Assembly (NCBI RefSeq): GCF_963921235.1
Contig: NC_086097.1
Location: 222,396,001 to 222,460,000 of the forward strand
Source: Mobula hypostoma
Taxonomy: Eukaryota
Length of the DNA: 64,000 nt
Direction: 5' to 3'
The translations under genes and the position numbers were made by a program. The notes beneath the pieces are model-generated. The model was not told the DNA's origin. It saw nothing but the letters and a program-made list of their open reading frames with translations, and did no database searches. Positions 40,947 to 52,991 of this stretch are shown here, in pieces (positions within the stretch are counted from its first letter, which is position 1; each line of letters starts with the position of its first letter).

Positions 40947-41916
40947 TGTTTTACTGTTCAGACTTGCATTGTGTGGATAGTCCACAAAACAATTTGACAA
41001 GGGAGATGTCATTTGGATGCTGCAAGCAGATTGACAATAGCAGAGTATTTTTTATGTACTTTGTATGTGTATATATAATTGGAAGTCTCATTATATACTA
41101 TGTATATTGTAAAACCAAAATTATAATTCATAATCAATTATTTAGTAGATTAATAAATATGCTACACAATTGAAATTCTAAGTCAATGTTTCTGTAACCT
41201 TCATTATCAGTCTTTCACCTGTGTTGCAACATCTGTTACGATGTTTAACAGTTAGTTATTCCCTGACCAGTATTTTAATTTCCTGTTTAATGTCGTGTTT
41301 TTTATGTCTGTGTTATTCCCATAACAAATTACTTTTCATTTTACCATCCACATTGTTAATTCTACAATATAAGTGCTACATTAGTACAAAATGATGCTTA
41401 GTTGTCTTCATCTGCTTTATTTTCACACTATTCTCATCTGTTACTAAATCTTAGTCCAAATAGAGTAGACCGTGAACATAAACACTGTGGAATAGTACTT
41501 CTAAATTTATTGTAGCTCTTCCGATAGGTTAAAAAAAAATGGTCCTCTAATTTTGTGTTGGAGTTTTACCCTCTATTACAAGGTGAATCCATTGAATGCA
41601 CCCACAGAGGTGCCATTGCACAGCAATTGAATTTTAATTTAAAGGCCCTCCCTATGTCCTCTTGAACTTGGGTTGATTCCATGAAAGGAGTTGAAGGCTA
41701 GGCATACCTTTCTTGGATATTAATCACAGATGTTTTCAGCTGATTATTCTTTTTTTTCCCTGAGAATTTTACTTTGTGCACAATTAATATGGATTCTGGA
41801 CCATAGAAGAAAATTTTATTTGCCAAAGTAGGAATCGATTTAAGTGCATATTTATATGATCAGTTTGTGAAAAGAGGCTGAATAATCCAGGCTCATAAGG
41901 AGTACAACATAAATTT

Positions 41917-42302
41917 TAAAAGTTGGGGGACTTGATAGAGGTGTTTAAAATTATGAGGGGGATTGATCGAGTTGACGTGGATAGGCTTTTTCCATTGAGA
42001 ATGGGGGAGATTCAAACAAGATGACATGAGTTGAGAGTTAAAGGGCAAAAGTTTAGGGGTAACATGAGGGGGAACTTTTTTACTCAGAGAGTGGTAGCTG
42101 TGTGGAACGAGCTTCCAGCAGAAGTAGTTGAGGTAGGTTTGATGTTGTTGTTTAAAGTTAAATTGGATAGATATATGGACAGGAAGGGAATGGAGGGTTA
42201 TGGGCTGAGTGCAGGTCGGTGGGAGTAGGTGAGAGTAAGAGTTTGGCATGGACTAGAAGGGCCGAGATGGCCTGTTTCCGTGCTGTAATTGTTATATGGT
42301 TA
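41917..42302 (+). mobile_element. CR1 3' fragment
   Basis: GDLIEVFKIMRGIDRVD...NFFTQRVVAVWNELP. Confidence 0.88.
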
Positions 42303-42334
42303 CTTTGTTGAACTGTGCATAGTTCTGATTGTTT

Positions 42335-42586
42335 ATTTATTTACTGAAGGTCAGCATTGAGTAGGCCCTTCTGGCCCTTCGAGCCACACTGCCTAGCAAT
42401 CCCCCTAGTTAATCCTAGCCTAATCATGGGACAATTTACAATGACCAATTAACCTACTTATGTAGAAGAAAACGCATACTGTCACATGGAGAATGTACAG
42501 ACTCCTTACAGGCAGTGACGGGAATTGAAACCAGACAGGAATTGAACACAAAGCATTATGTTAACCACTACACTATTGTGCTGGCC
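42335..42586 (-). mobile_element. tRNA-derived SINE (HE1/V-SINE-like)
   Basis: Homologous to 11220-11492. Confidence 0.7.
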
Positions 42587-42734
42587 CACTCTCATGTCCT
42601 CATGAAATCTACTCTAGCCACTGGCCTTCTCCAAATCCAACTCAGGTTGGTATATCAGGACAGGCTGAATATTTTAAGAGCAGCCATGGGCAGATATGCA
42701 TATACAGGCAGTCCATGAGTTACATAACCCAGAG

Positions 42735-43853
42735 ACTGGATTACATGGAGGGTCATGAAAATGATTCCAGGATTGAATGGCTTGTCATATGCAGACATCC
42801 TACCCTGCAAAAACTCATTTCAGGGAGGTAGCACCATCAATTTGCGGGAGACTTCCGGGAGAGGTGGGATGTCTGCAATAGAGCAGCTCCTTAGCAGCTG
42901 GCCAGCTAATTTAAATAACGTTAACTATGCTAATGAACTCAGCTCAACATGTCTTTTACAGTCTTAACCCACCATGGGCAATAGAAAAGTCACTGTTGCA
43001 AACAGTGCAGCGAGCAACACTGTCATTATTTTTGACCCCTATTAGGCAGGGGTACACTTTAGTGTAGTCTGAGGTGACGTACGTTTTATATTTTTTTTGA
43101 AACACTCTGCCATGGCACGCTCTCACTCGCTGTCTCTCTCGTGGTCGCTCGCTCGCTCTCTCTCCCTCTCTTGCTCGCGTGCTCTTGCTTGCTTTCTCAC
43201 TCGCTCTCTCTCGCTTCCTCGCTCGCTCGCGCGCTCGCTTGCCTTTGCTCTCGCTCTCTCTCTGGCGCTCTCTCTTGCTTTTCTCTCGCTCGCTCTCAAA
43301 AAAATTGATTTCCGTGATATTGTATATAATTTGCAGGCATCAGGGAGCCACTATTAATATGCGGGAGACTCCCGGAAGTTCCGGGAGAGGTGGGATGTCT
43401 GCATATGAACAGCATTTGATGGCTCTGGGCCGGTATTCACTAGATTTCAGAAGAATGTGAGGTGACCTCATTAAAACTTATCTAATACTAATGTGGAAGG
43501 CCTTGGTAGAGTGAATATGGTGAGGATGTTTCCTATGGTGGGAGAGTCTAAGACAAGAGGATATTGTCTCAGAATAGAGGGGCATCCTTTTAAAACTGAA
43601 TGAGGTGGAATTTCTTTCACCAGAGAATGATGAATCTGTGGAATTCTTTGCGACAGACAGCTGTGGAGGCCAAGTCCTTATGTATATTCAGGGCAAAGAT
43701 TGATAGATACTTGATTGGTCAGGGCATGAAGGGGTATGGGGAGGAGGCAAGAGATTGGGGCTGAGAAGAAAATTGGATCAGCCGTGATGAAATGGCAGAG
43801 CAGAGTCGATGGGCCAAATGGCCTAATTCTGCTCCTATATCTTATGGTCTTAT
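42735..43853 (+). mobile_element. CR1 3' fragment interrupted by a TIR element
   Basis: MIPGLNGLSY|EQHLMALGRYSLDFRRM is rejoined when 42792-43401 is removed; tcttatgg tail. Confidence 0.85.
42792..43401. mobile_element. Non-autonomous DNA transposon (MITE-like)
   Basis: TIRs cagacatcctacc / ggtgggatgtctg, flanked by catatg on both sides (42786-42791 / 43402-43407). Internal (CTCG/CT)n low-complexity tract at ~43120-43297. Confidence 0.85.
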
Positions 43854-44138
43854 AAGGGTTCCTTTCCTGAGAACTGAACATTAGTTCCTTTCTCCATAAT
43901 TCAGAAATGTCTGTTGCTATAATAACCCACATCACATCATTCTGCATACACATTTTATAATTCTCTCATTTGGTAAATGGTAAATTGGTTTATTATTGTC
44001 ACATGTGCAGTGAGTACCAAGGTATAGTGAAAAAAACTGTTTTGATGTCATCTATACAGATCATTTCATTACAACAGTGCATTGAGATAATACAAGGGAA
44101 AATAATAACAGAATGCAGAATAAAGTGTTTCATTGAGT

Positions 44139-44348
44139 AACACACACAAAATGCTGGTGAAACGCAGCAGGCCAGGCAGCATCTATGGGAAGAAGTACAG
44201 TCGTCGTTTCGGGCCGAAACCCGTCGAGGGTCTCAGCCTGAAACGTCGACTGTACTTCTTCCTATAGATGCTGCCTGGCCTGCTGCATTCCACCAGCATT
44301 TTGTGTGTGTTGCTTGGGTTTCCAGCATGTGCAGATTTTCTTATGTTT
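44139..44348. mobile_element. Palindromic PLE terminal insertion (~80-bp arms)
   Basis: aacacacacaaaatgctgg...tttcgggccgaaaccc / gggtctcagcctgaaa...ccagcattttgtgtgtgtt. Direct repeat gtgtttcatt at 44125-44134 / 44349-44358. Confidence 0.88.
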
Positions 44349-44424
44349 GTGTTTCATTAAATAATCATCTTAACAGTACACATAATTAACTTAACAATAT
44401 CCAGTCATTAGTGAATGCAAGGTT

Positions 44425-45012
44425 CCTTAAGGTTGTCATAGCCAGAACAAGTAGTGAGGTTGAACTCCTACTGCCTAATAAGTGCTCCCAATGGCGTGCA
44501 TTTCAAATAACCTCTGACAACATGTGTCTTTCATGTATGATTTAGTTGCCAAGCCTAGTGGAACCATTTCTACTGACAGAAGAAGGGGCAAGGGCGGGTG
44601 ACTGTCACCTTCAAACCGGGTGCTTCGGTCAGATGGGGTTCGTCAGCCTGGTTAGCAGCTCATCTAGGGGAAGGAAAGCTCTGATTCAAACCTCCATTGC
44701 CTTGCAGCTATACCCATAGCTGCATACCCTAACCCTAACCCTAACCCTAACTCTGTGGAAAAATCCAGAAGTAGAGTCCTTAAGGTAGTCCTACATTGAG
44801 TTCAACACTGACTATTAATTCCTGCATCGGTGCTGGTGTCAAACTGTATTAGTTTCAGCCATTCCTTCGACTTCATGAGCTGAGTGGAGAGGGGGTGGTT
44901 GCTGCATAGGCAACAACTTGCTCTCCATATCGTATTGCCCTTGCTTGCGTACTAGCGTAAGTAGGCAGCTAGGACACAACATCCATGGTCGATCCTGATC
45001 AACAGAGGGCCT
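44425..45012 (+). mobile_element. Probable RTE-clade LINE 5' UTR or derived non-autonomous repeat
   Basis: GC-richer block with a ggttgtca...tgacaac pairing at its start. Family assignment is from recalled resemblance only. Confidence 0.45.
44727..44750 (-). repeat. Interstitial telomeric repeat (TTAGGG)4
   Basis: Perfect (CCCTAA)4 on the plus strand. Confidence 0.9.
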
Positions 45013-45169
45013 AATAGTGAATATATTCTACTATAATTATTATCAACTTGAAAAATGTTTTAAAATGAATGGTAGTATTAATGTAAAGTTAGCTTTATGT
45101 CAGGGCATTCATAACCCAGAGAGATCCTGTATCACATTGGCCTAATCTGAATAGGAATAGATAATAATG

Positions 45170-46592
45170 TCTCAGATGGAATATAAGGTGTTCCCCCTAA
45201 AATCTGAGTGTGGCCTCATTGCGACAGTAGAGGAGGCCATGAATTGGCATGTCAGTATGGGAATGGGAAGTGAATTAAAACGGATGGCCACTGGGAGATC
45301 CTGCATTTTCTGGCGGACGCAATGTAGGTGCTTGGTGAAGTGGTCTCCCAATCTACGTTGGATCTCACCGATATATGGGAGGCTATACTGGAAGCACCAG
45401 ATACAGTAGGTAACACCAACAGACTCACAGGTGAAGTGTCACCTTACCTGGACGGACTGTTTGGGGCCTTGAATGGTAGTGAACGAGGAGGTGCTTGCAA
45501 GGATAAGTGCCAGGAAGGAGATCTCTGGGGAGGAGCAAAGGGACAAGGGAGTCACGTAGGGAGTGATTCCCACGGAAAGCAGAAAGTGTGGGGAGGGAAA
45601 GTTGTGCGTGATGGGGGGGATACCATTGGTGATGGCAGAAGCTACAGAGAATTATGTGCTGGACACAGAGGCTGTGAGGACAAGAAGAACCCTATCCCTG
45701 GTAGCGTGACGGGAGGATGGGGTGAGGGCAGACATGCGTGAAATGGAAGAGATGTGGTTGAGGTAGTGTTGATGGTGGAGGAAGGGAAGCACTTTTCTTT
45801 GAAGAAGGAGACATCTCCTTCATTCTGGAACGAAAAGCCTCATCCTGAGACCAGATGCGGCGGAGGGGGAACTGAGAGAAGGTGATTGCATTTTTACAAG
45901 TAAAAGGGTGGGAAGAGGTATAGTGCAGGTAGCTGTGAAAGTCAGTGGGTTTATAATAGACTTCAATAAATAAGCTGTCTCCAGAGATAGACACAGAGAG
46001 ATCGTGAAAGGGGAGGTAGTTGTCAGAAGTGGATCAGGTAAGTTTGAGGGCAGGGTGGAAGTTGGAGGGAAGGTTGTTGAAGTTGATGAGCTCGACATGG
46101 GTGCAGGAAGCAGCACCAATACAGTTGTCAGTGTGGCGTAGGAAACGAGGGGAGTGACACTAGTGTAGGCTTGGAACATCGACTGTTCAACTGAGCCAAC
46201 AGAAAGGCAGGCATAGCTGGGACCCATGCAAGTACCCATAGCTACACCTTTTGTTTGAAGGAAGTGGGAAGAGCCAAAGGAGAAATTATTGAGAGTGTGG
46301 ACAAGTTCTGCCAGATGGGGGAGACTGGTGGTGGAGGGGACTGGTTGGGTCTGGTGTCCAGAAAGAAATGAAGAGCTTTGAGGCCTTCCTGATGGGGGAT
46401 GGAGGTGTATAGGGACTGAGCATCCATGGTGAAAATAAGATACCCGGGGCCAAGGAAATCATTTGAAAAGAGCCTATGAAATATTACAGATGTAGGTAGG
46501 AAGGGACTGAACTGGGGGGGATATAACTGAATCAAGGCATGCAGATATAGGTTCCGTGGGGCAAGAACAAGCTGAAACATTGGGTCTACCTG
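45170..46592 (-). mobile_element. Penelope-like element RT plus GIY-YIG endonuclease, decayed
   Basis: FTMDAQSLYTSIPHQEGL, MGTCMGPSYACL and VYYKPTDFHSYLHYTSSHP. Endonuclease-like VTYCIWCFQYSLPYIGEIQRRLGDHFTKH on minus at ~45325-45413. Confidence 0.9.
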
Positions 46593-47585
46593 CACTATTT
46601 CTTTAGCTCCCTTTAACTTTCTGTGGTATTTTAACTTTCCCACATCAGGGAATGCTGATTAATATAAATGAAAAATAGGTATTCTTTATACAAAAACAAT
46701 ATTTTGGAATTCGGTTGATAGTCCAACATTAAATATGGTAAGTGTAGTATACTAGAGAATTTAGTCAGACAGTAACCAGATTTGCTACAACTTGTATTTG
46801 TTTATTAAAAGCAAATTCCATGCACGTTTGCAATTTCATAATTTTTGTAGCATGTAACTTATGGGATAATAGACACAAATGAGATGAACTTTGATTTTTT
46901 TTCATCAGTAATACCTTTGTTTCTCTTGCATGCTCTTCATATTTTTCTAATTTCCTATTATATTAGAAATTTGAAGACAGTTATTTTTCTCTTGGTTGTA
47001 AAGAGCTTTGAACCTCAGGTTAAAATTCTTCATAATGCAGGAATTTGGAGTGTTTAGATTTGATATAAGGAGTTTATTGAAAAACAGTGAATGCATCTTT
47101 AAAACATAATCAAATTTTCTCATGGTTCATTTGCGCACCAGCTGCATGATAAATTCTTCAAAATATCCCTTTGAAGTTAACAAATTGTTTTGGTATGGTT
47201 GATGGAAATAGCTCAGCAGTTTGGTCTTTAGCAATTGGCTCCAATCCAATACTGTACTGAATTGCACAATGGTGATTGGATTGACACATCTGTAAAATTT
47301 CTGTTCATGAAATATACATTTAGTTTGCTCTCTTTCTTTTTGAAATTGAAATCCCTATTTAAACAGTCAAATTTAAAAATATTTTCAGACTTTCTGTTGT
47401 GGAAGTGATTAAATACTACAAACTGTATGGATTTCTTCTTTGTCAAGAACAGATTATTTAATAAATTGCTATCTTTGTAAACCCAGCAATCGAAGGTAAT
47501 AAAATTACACTTTGCAAACATTCCCAGGCTTTTTTCCACTGAGGTTTAGTGAGACTAGAACTAGAGGTTATGGGTTAAGGATGAA

Positions 47586-48786
47586 AGACCATAACACAAT
47601 AAGACACAGGAGCAGAAATAGGCCATTTGGCCCATTGACTGATTTGTTATCCCTCTCAATCCCATTCTCCTGTCTTCTTCCTGTAAACCTTTGATTCCCT
47701 GATTAATCAAGAATCCATCAACCTCCATTTTAATTACACTCAATGCCTTGGCCTCCACAGCCAACCATGGCAATGAATTCTATGGATTCACCTCCCTCTG
47801 GCTAAAGAAATTCTTCCTTATCTCCGTTCTTAATCAACATCCTTCTATTCTGATGCTGCGCCTCAGGTTCCAGACTCACCTACTATGAGAAACATCCTCT
47901 CCACAGCCACTCTATCTAGGCCATTCAATATTCGATAGGCTTCAATGAGATCCCCTCCCCCTTCATTCTTGTAAACTCCAGCGAGTGCAGACCCTGAGCA
48001 ATCAGACAGTCCTCATATGTAACATTTTCATTCCCGAAATTATTCTCATATACCTCCTCTGGATCCTCTCCAATGTCAGCATATCTTTTCTAAGATAAGA
48101 GGCCCAAAACTGCTCACAATATTCCAAGCGTGGTCTGAGCAATGCCATAGAATACTTCAGCATTACATAGTCATAGTCATAGTCATAGTCATACTTTATT
48201 GATCCCGGGGGAAATTGGTTTTCATTATAGTCGCACCATAAATAATAAATAATAATAAAACCATAAATAGTTAAATAATAATATGTAAATTATGCCGGGA
48301 AATAAGTCCAGGACCAGCCTATTGGCTCAGGGTGTCTGACCCTCCAAGGGAGGAGTTGTAAAGTTTGATGGCCACAGGCAGGAATGACTTCCTATGACGC
48401 TCTGTGTTGCATCTCGGTGGAATGAGTCTCTGGCTGAATGTACTCCTGTGCCCACCCAGTACATTATGTAGTGGATGGGATACATTGTCCAAGATGGCAT
48501 GCAACTTGGACAGCATCCTCTTTTCAGACACCACCATCAGAGAGTCCAGTTCCATCCCCACAACATCACTGGCCTTACGAATGAGTTTGTTGATTCTGTT
48601 GGTGTCTGCTACCCTCAGCCTGCTGCCCCAGCTCACAACAGCAAACATGATAGCACTGGCCACCACAGACTCGTAGAACATCCTCAGCATCGTCCGGCAG
48701 ATGTTAAAGGACCACAGTCTCCTCAGGAAATACATCCTTGCTTTTATATTCTAGTCCTATTGAAATGAATGTGAACGTTCCATTTG
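47586..48786 (-). mobile_element. CR1 3' fragment interrupted by a Rex1-like LINE
   Basis: AVEAKALSVIKMEVDGFLINQGIKG. The CR1 text cagcattacat|ccttgcttttatattc rejoins across 48169-48735. Confidence 0.8.
48169..48730 (-). mobile_element. Young Rex1/Babar-type LINE 3' fragment
   Basis: Open ORF 48319-48735 (YFLRRLWSF..C..ML.MFYESVVAS.I.FAVV.WG...SFLP.AIKLYN) with a (tagtca)n tail; tacat on both sides. Confidence 0.85.
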
Positions 48787-49480
48787 GGAAGTCAAATAGG
48801 GGTAGGATCGGATGCAAAGAAATGTTGATAAATAGAGAGCTGGTGGGTTCCCTGAAAGTGGCAACAGAGAAAGATAGACTGGGAGAGAAGGCACATGACA
48901 TGGTTTCCTTCCTAGGTTGGAACACAGAATATAGAAGTTAGTATGTTATGTTGCCACTTTACAAAACACTGGAGAATTATGTGAAGTTATGGTCACTGCT
49001 GTAGGAAGAATATGGTTACATTGGAGACAATACAAATGAGATTCATCAAGATGTTGCCTGCATTGAACTTATATGAAAGATTGAATGGATTGGATTTGTT
49101 TTCCCTAGATTGAAGGAGACTGGGGAGTAAACTGATTGAGATTTTGAGAGATGTGGATAGGGTAGATAGAATATTTATTTCATGATAGGCATATAAAACA
49201 TAAGAGAGCACAGATGTATGATGAGAGGAAAGAATTTTAAAGGAGATTTAAGATGAAGATTTTTTTTGACACAGATCTGTTGATATCTGGAACTTTCTGC
49301 CAAAGGAAGTGTTAGAGTCAGATACAATCACTATGTTTAAGAGACATTTAGACAAGCAACTAAATAAGTAGGGCATAGAAGGATACAGACATAATGTGAA
49401 AAGATGAGATAAATATAGATGGGCAAAAGGTCGGCTTGGATATAGTGGGTTGAAGGGTCCATTTCTGTACTCTACCACTC
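48787..49480 (+). mobile_element. Decayed CR1 3' fragment
   Basis: SLKVAT..DR...KA..M..F...  EYRS...ML.LYKT and 3' UTR similarity to other copies. Confidence 0.7.
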
Positions 49481-50029
49481 CATGGATCTAGTGCTAATAC
49501 ATAGAATGACATGCAGTTAAAATAAGCAAAACCCAATGTAGAGCACAAATATAGGCATTCTGCCCTACTAGCATCTGGTGGGAAATTTGACTCCAGACTT
49601 TCTACTCTGATTCTCAATAGTAGAATGATTCCAGCATAAAAACCTTTTAAAAGATAACAATAGTGGAACACCTACTTTTCATCTTTTCTGTGATTTTCAG
49701 CCTTACTGGCGTGAGATTTGCTCATGTTTTCTTGCAGGACATAAGCTTTTATCAGTGCTAATTCCCCAAAAACCACATTATCTTAGGAGTCAAACTGCAT
49801 TGTTTGCCAGGCTGCACTATAGCACTCACTGCAGGCATACTGTTTACTCAACATATTTTTAGAGTTAAAACTGAGTCATTTTATCAAGTCCTTTTCTGTT
49901 ATTAAAACCTACTTCCAATGGGTAGTTGTCTTCATCTAATATTTCTCTAGCTGGATGGTATGTTGGTAGACCATAGTGGAGTCCTCACAAAGAGCAGAGA
50001 AATAAAAGGGTTCATTTCCAATTGCCTTA

Positions 50030-50713
50030 TTTAATCAAAGTTTCGCCATGTTGTGCGCTCCGAGCTGCTCTTCTACACACCACTGTTGTAATGCATGGAT
50101 ATGTCAGTCACCGTCACCTTCCTGTCAGCTTGAACCAATCTGGCCATTCTCCTCTGAACTTTGTCATTAACAAGCCATTTATTCCATCAGAACTGGTGCT
50201 TACTGGATGTTTTTTACTGGTTTTCACACCATTCTCTGTAAATTCTAGAGAAAGTTGTGTGTAAAACTCAGCAGTTTCTGAGATACTCAAACCACACCAT
50301 CTGACACCAACAATCATTTCACGGTCAAGGTCACTTAGATCATATTTCTTCCCCGCTCTGATATTCAACACAGCTCAGGGCATTACGGAGTTTATATTTC
50401 AATCCCAGCATCATCTGTAAGTAGTTTGTATGTTCTCCCCATGAGTGTTTTAGTTTCTTCCCTCAGTCCAAAGGTGTACTGGCTGGTAGGTCAGTGTAAG
50501 TTGTCCTGTGATTAGTGTTAAATCAGTGGTGTGGCTTGTTGGGCTGGAAGGGCCTATTTTGTGCTGTATCTCTGTACAAATAAGTAAAATAAACAATTGA
50601 ACTTCTTGACCATGTTTGCATGCTTTTATGCATTGAATTAGTTCCAGATGATTGGATGATTAGATATTTTCATGAATGAGCAGGTAAACAAGTGTACCTG
50701 ATAAAGTGGCCAC
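50030..50713 (-). mobile_element. Tc1/mariner-like remnant with a SINE fragment at ~50372-50580
   Basis: Minus ORF 50114-50371 reads GKKYDLSDLDREMIVGVRWCGLSISETAE (Tc1 paired-like HTH start). TIR-like gtgtacctgataaagtggccac at ~50692-50713. Confidence 0.7.
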
Positions 50714-51002
50714 CAAATGTAAATGACCCCAAGGAGTAATGTTTGTGTGGCTATGCTTCACCCTAACATTTTTATTGAATTCCATGACTTCTTATATCCT
50801 CACAGTACAACTTCACATATGTAACCTGTTTATTCTCACATCACAGTTGAGGCCACTGTCAATTTCAGCTTTCTAGCCCCATAATCATTCTATTGGTGCA
50901 GATCTATGCCACAACACAATGTTTGCTACTACCACCTGTGTGATCGAGGATTCTCCATCTCATTCTCAAGGGGTACAGAATTTGCTTACTTTTCATTCAG
51001 CT

Positions 51003-51048
51003 CACAGGAGAAGGCAAGTCAGGCACAGGAGAAGGCAAGTCAGGCACA
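51003..51048. repeat. 21-bp tandem duplication
   Basis: cacaggagaaggcaagtcagg x2 plus caca. Confidence 0.95.
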
Positions 51049-51560
51049 TGAAATTGTTGCAAGTGCTGGTCTCTCCAATGTTCAGAATTTAGTAGATCAC
51101 ACTTGTGCTTAATTACTCCTACTGAGGACACCTATCTGTATCCGAAAGGGAGGGCTTGTTCTCCTTGGGCTCCCAGCATCGTGAATGTGCCTCACATGAG
51201 TATTGCTTCCCATCAACCAGACCTTGACAGCACTCTTCCTCCCCCCTTCATCATTGCAACAGTGACGAGAACGCAAAAAATCCTACCTGCTCCACCATTC
51301 AATAAGATCCACTGGTGTAATGTACTACACATTATCTGAGGCTGATAGTTCAGTTATGGGACTAGGACTTTAAGAATGGTTTCAGTCATCTTTGACCATT
51401 CTTGTAAGGCTTTGCAGTGCTCAATATCCTCAAGGTCCACGATATTTTATTCACTAGCATTGACTGTTATGTTTTGTACCTCCAAAACGTTAAACTATTT
51501 TAAGGGAAAACAAGAGATGCAAGTCTTAGTTTGTGTTTATTTTTAAACAAGGCGCATACA

Positions 51561-52991
51561 TGTAACGCTCAGCTATATTGGCTCGTATTTATCCAGGGGA
51601 AACCCTGTCCGCTGCCCACCTTGTCTCCCGGTTATGTCGGTTGCTGTACAAATGCCGCCTGATTCGGCTTCAAACATCAATCATCAGCCAGCACACAATG
51701 TACGTTTTACCAATTACACTTTATAGATATTACTAAGTCTATGAGATTAATAGAGGTACAATACAAAAAAGGAATGGAAAAGGTGCCAGACTTAAAGTTC
51801 AATTTCTTCGTGCACACACAGTTGGAGCTCGGGATCTCCTTTCTTCCCTCTGTGATCCACTCCGACCCCCTCGACTCGCAGCCCGGGTCATAGAAACATA
51901 GAAACATAGAAAATAGGTGCAGGAGTAGGCCATTCAGCCCTTCGAGCCTGCACCGCCATTTATTATGATCATGGCTGATCATCCAACTCAGAACCCCGCC
52001 CCAGCCTTCCCTCCATACCCCCTGACCCCTGTAGCCACAAGGGCCATATCTAACTCCCTCTTAAACATAGCCAATGAACTGGCCTCAACAGTTTCCTGTG
52101 GCAGAGAATTCCACAGATTCACCACTCTCTGTGTGAAGAAGTTTTTCCTAATCTCGGTCCTAAAAGGCCTCCCCTCTATCCTCAAACTGTGACCCCTCGT
52201 TCTGGACTTCTCCAACATCGGGAACAATCTTCCTGCATCTAGCCTGTCCAATCCCTTTAGGATCTTATATGTTTCAATCAGATCCCCCCATCAATCTTCT
52301 AAATTCCAACGAGTACAAGCCCAGTTCATCCAGTCTTTCTTCATATGAAAGTCCTGCCATCCCAGGAATCAATCTGGTGAACCTTCTTTGTACTCCCTCT
52401 ATGGCAAAGATGTCTTTCCTCAGATTAGGGGACCAAAACTGCACACAATACTCCAGGTGTGGCCTCACCAAGGCCTTGTACAACTGCAGTAGTACCTCCC
52501 TGCTCCTGTACTCGAATCCTCTCGCTATAAATGCCAGCATACCATTCGCCTTTTTCACCGCCTGCTGTACCTGCATGCCCACTTTCAATGACTAGTGTAT
52601 AATGACACCCAGGTCTCGTTGCACCTCCCCTTTTCCTAATCGGCCACCATTCAGATAATAATCTGTTTTCCTATTTTTGCCACCAAAGTGGATAACTTCA
52701 CATTTATCCACATTAAATTGCACCCGAAGTGATTGACAGAGCGCTCCCAGCACGTCGGTCATCCTCCCCGTCTCTCCTCCAACTCCCCGCCAAAACCCCC
52801 CATTTCCCAGCCATGTGAGACAGCATATCACCCCAAGAAAGAATAATATGGACACACATTGGTTCTCTTACTTTGTTATCTATAATATAACCCAAGCAAA
52901 CTGCTAGCTAGAGACTTTATCGGCATTTAACATAACAAAGAAGCCATTTTAATTAACATACGCAGTAACATAAAAGAAGAAACCCCTTACA
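51561..52991. mobile_element. Solo LTR (inner, Gypsy-like), split by CR1
   Basis: TGTAA...TTACA termini with a 4-bp TSD taca (51557-51560 / 52992-52995); CpG-rich. Confidence 0.75.
51889..52722 (-). mobile_element. Young CR1 3' fragment
   Basis: QFNVDKCEVIHFG...LYKALVRPHLEYCVQFWSP...FFTQRVVNLWNSLP, with a (catagaaa)n tail. Confidence 0.92.
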
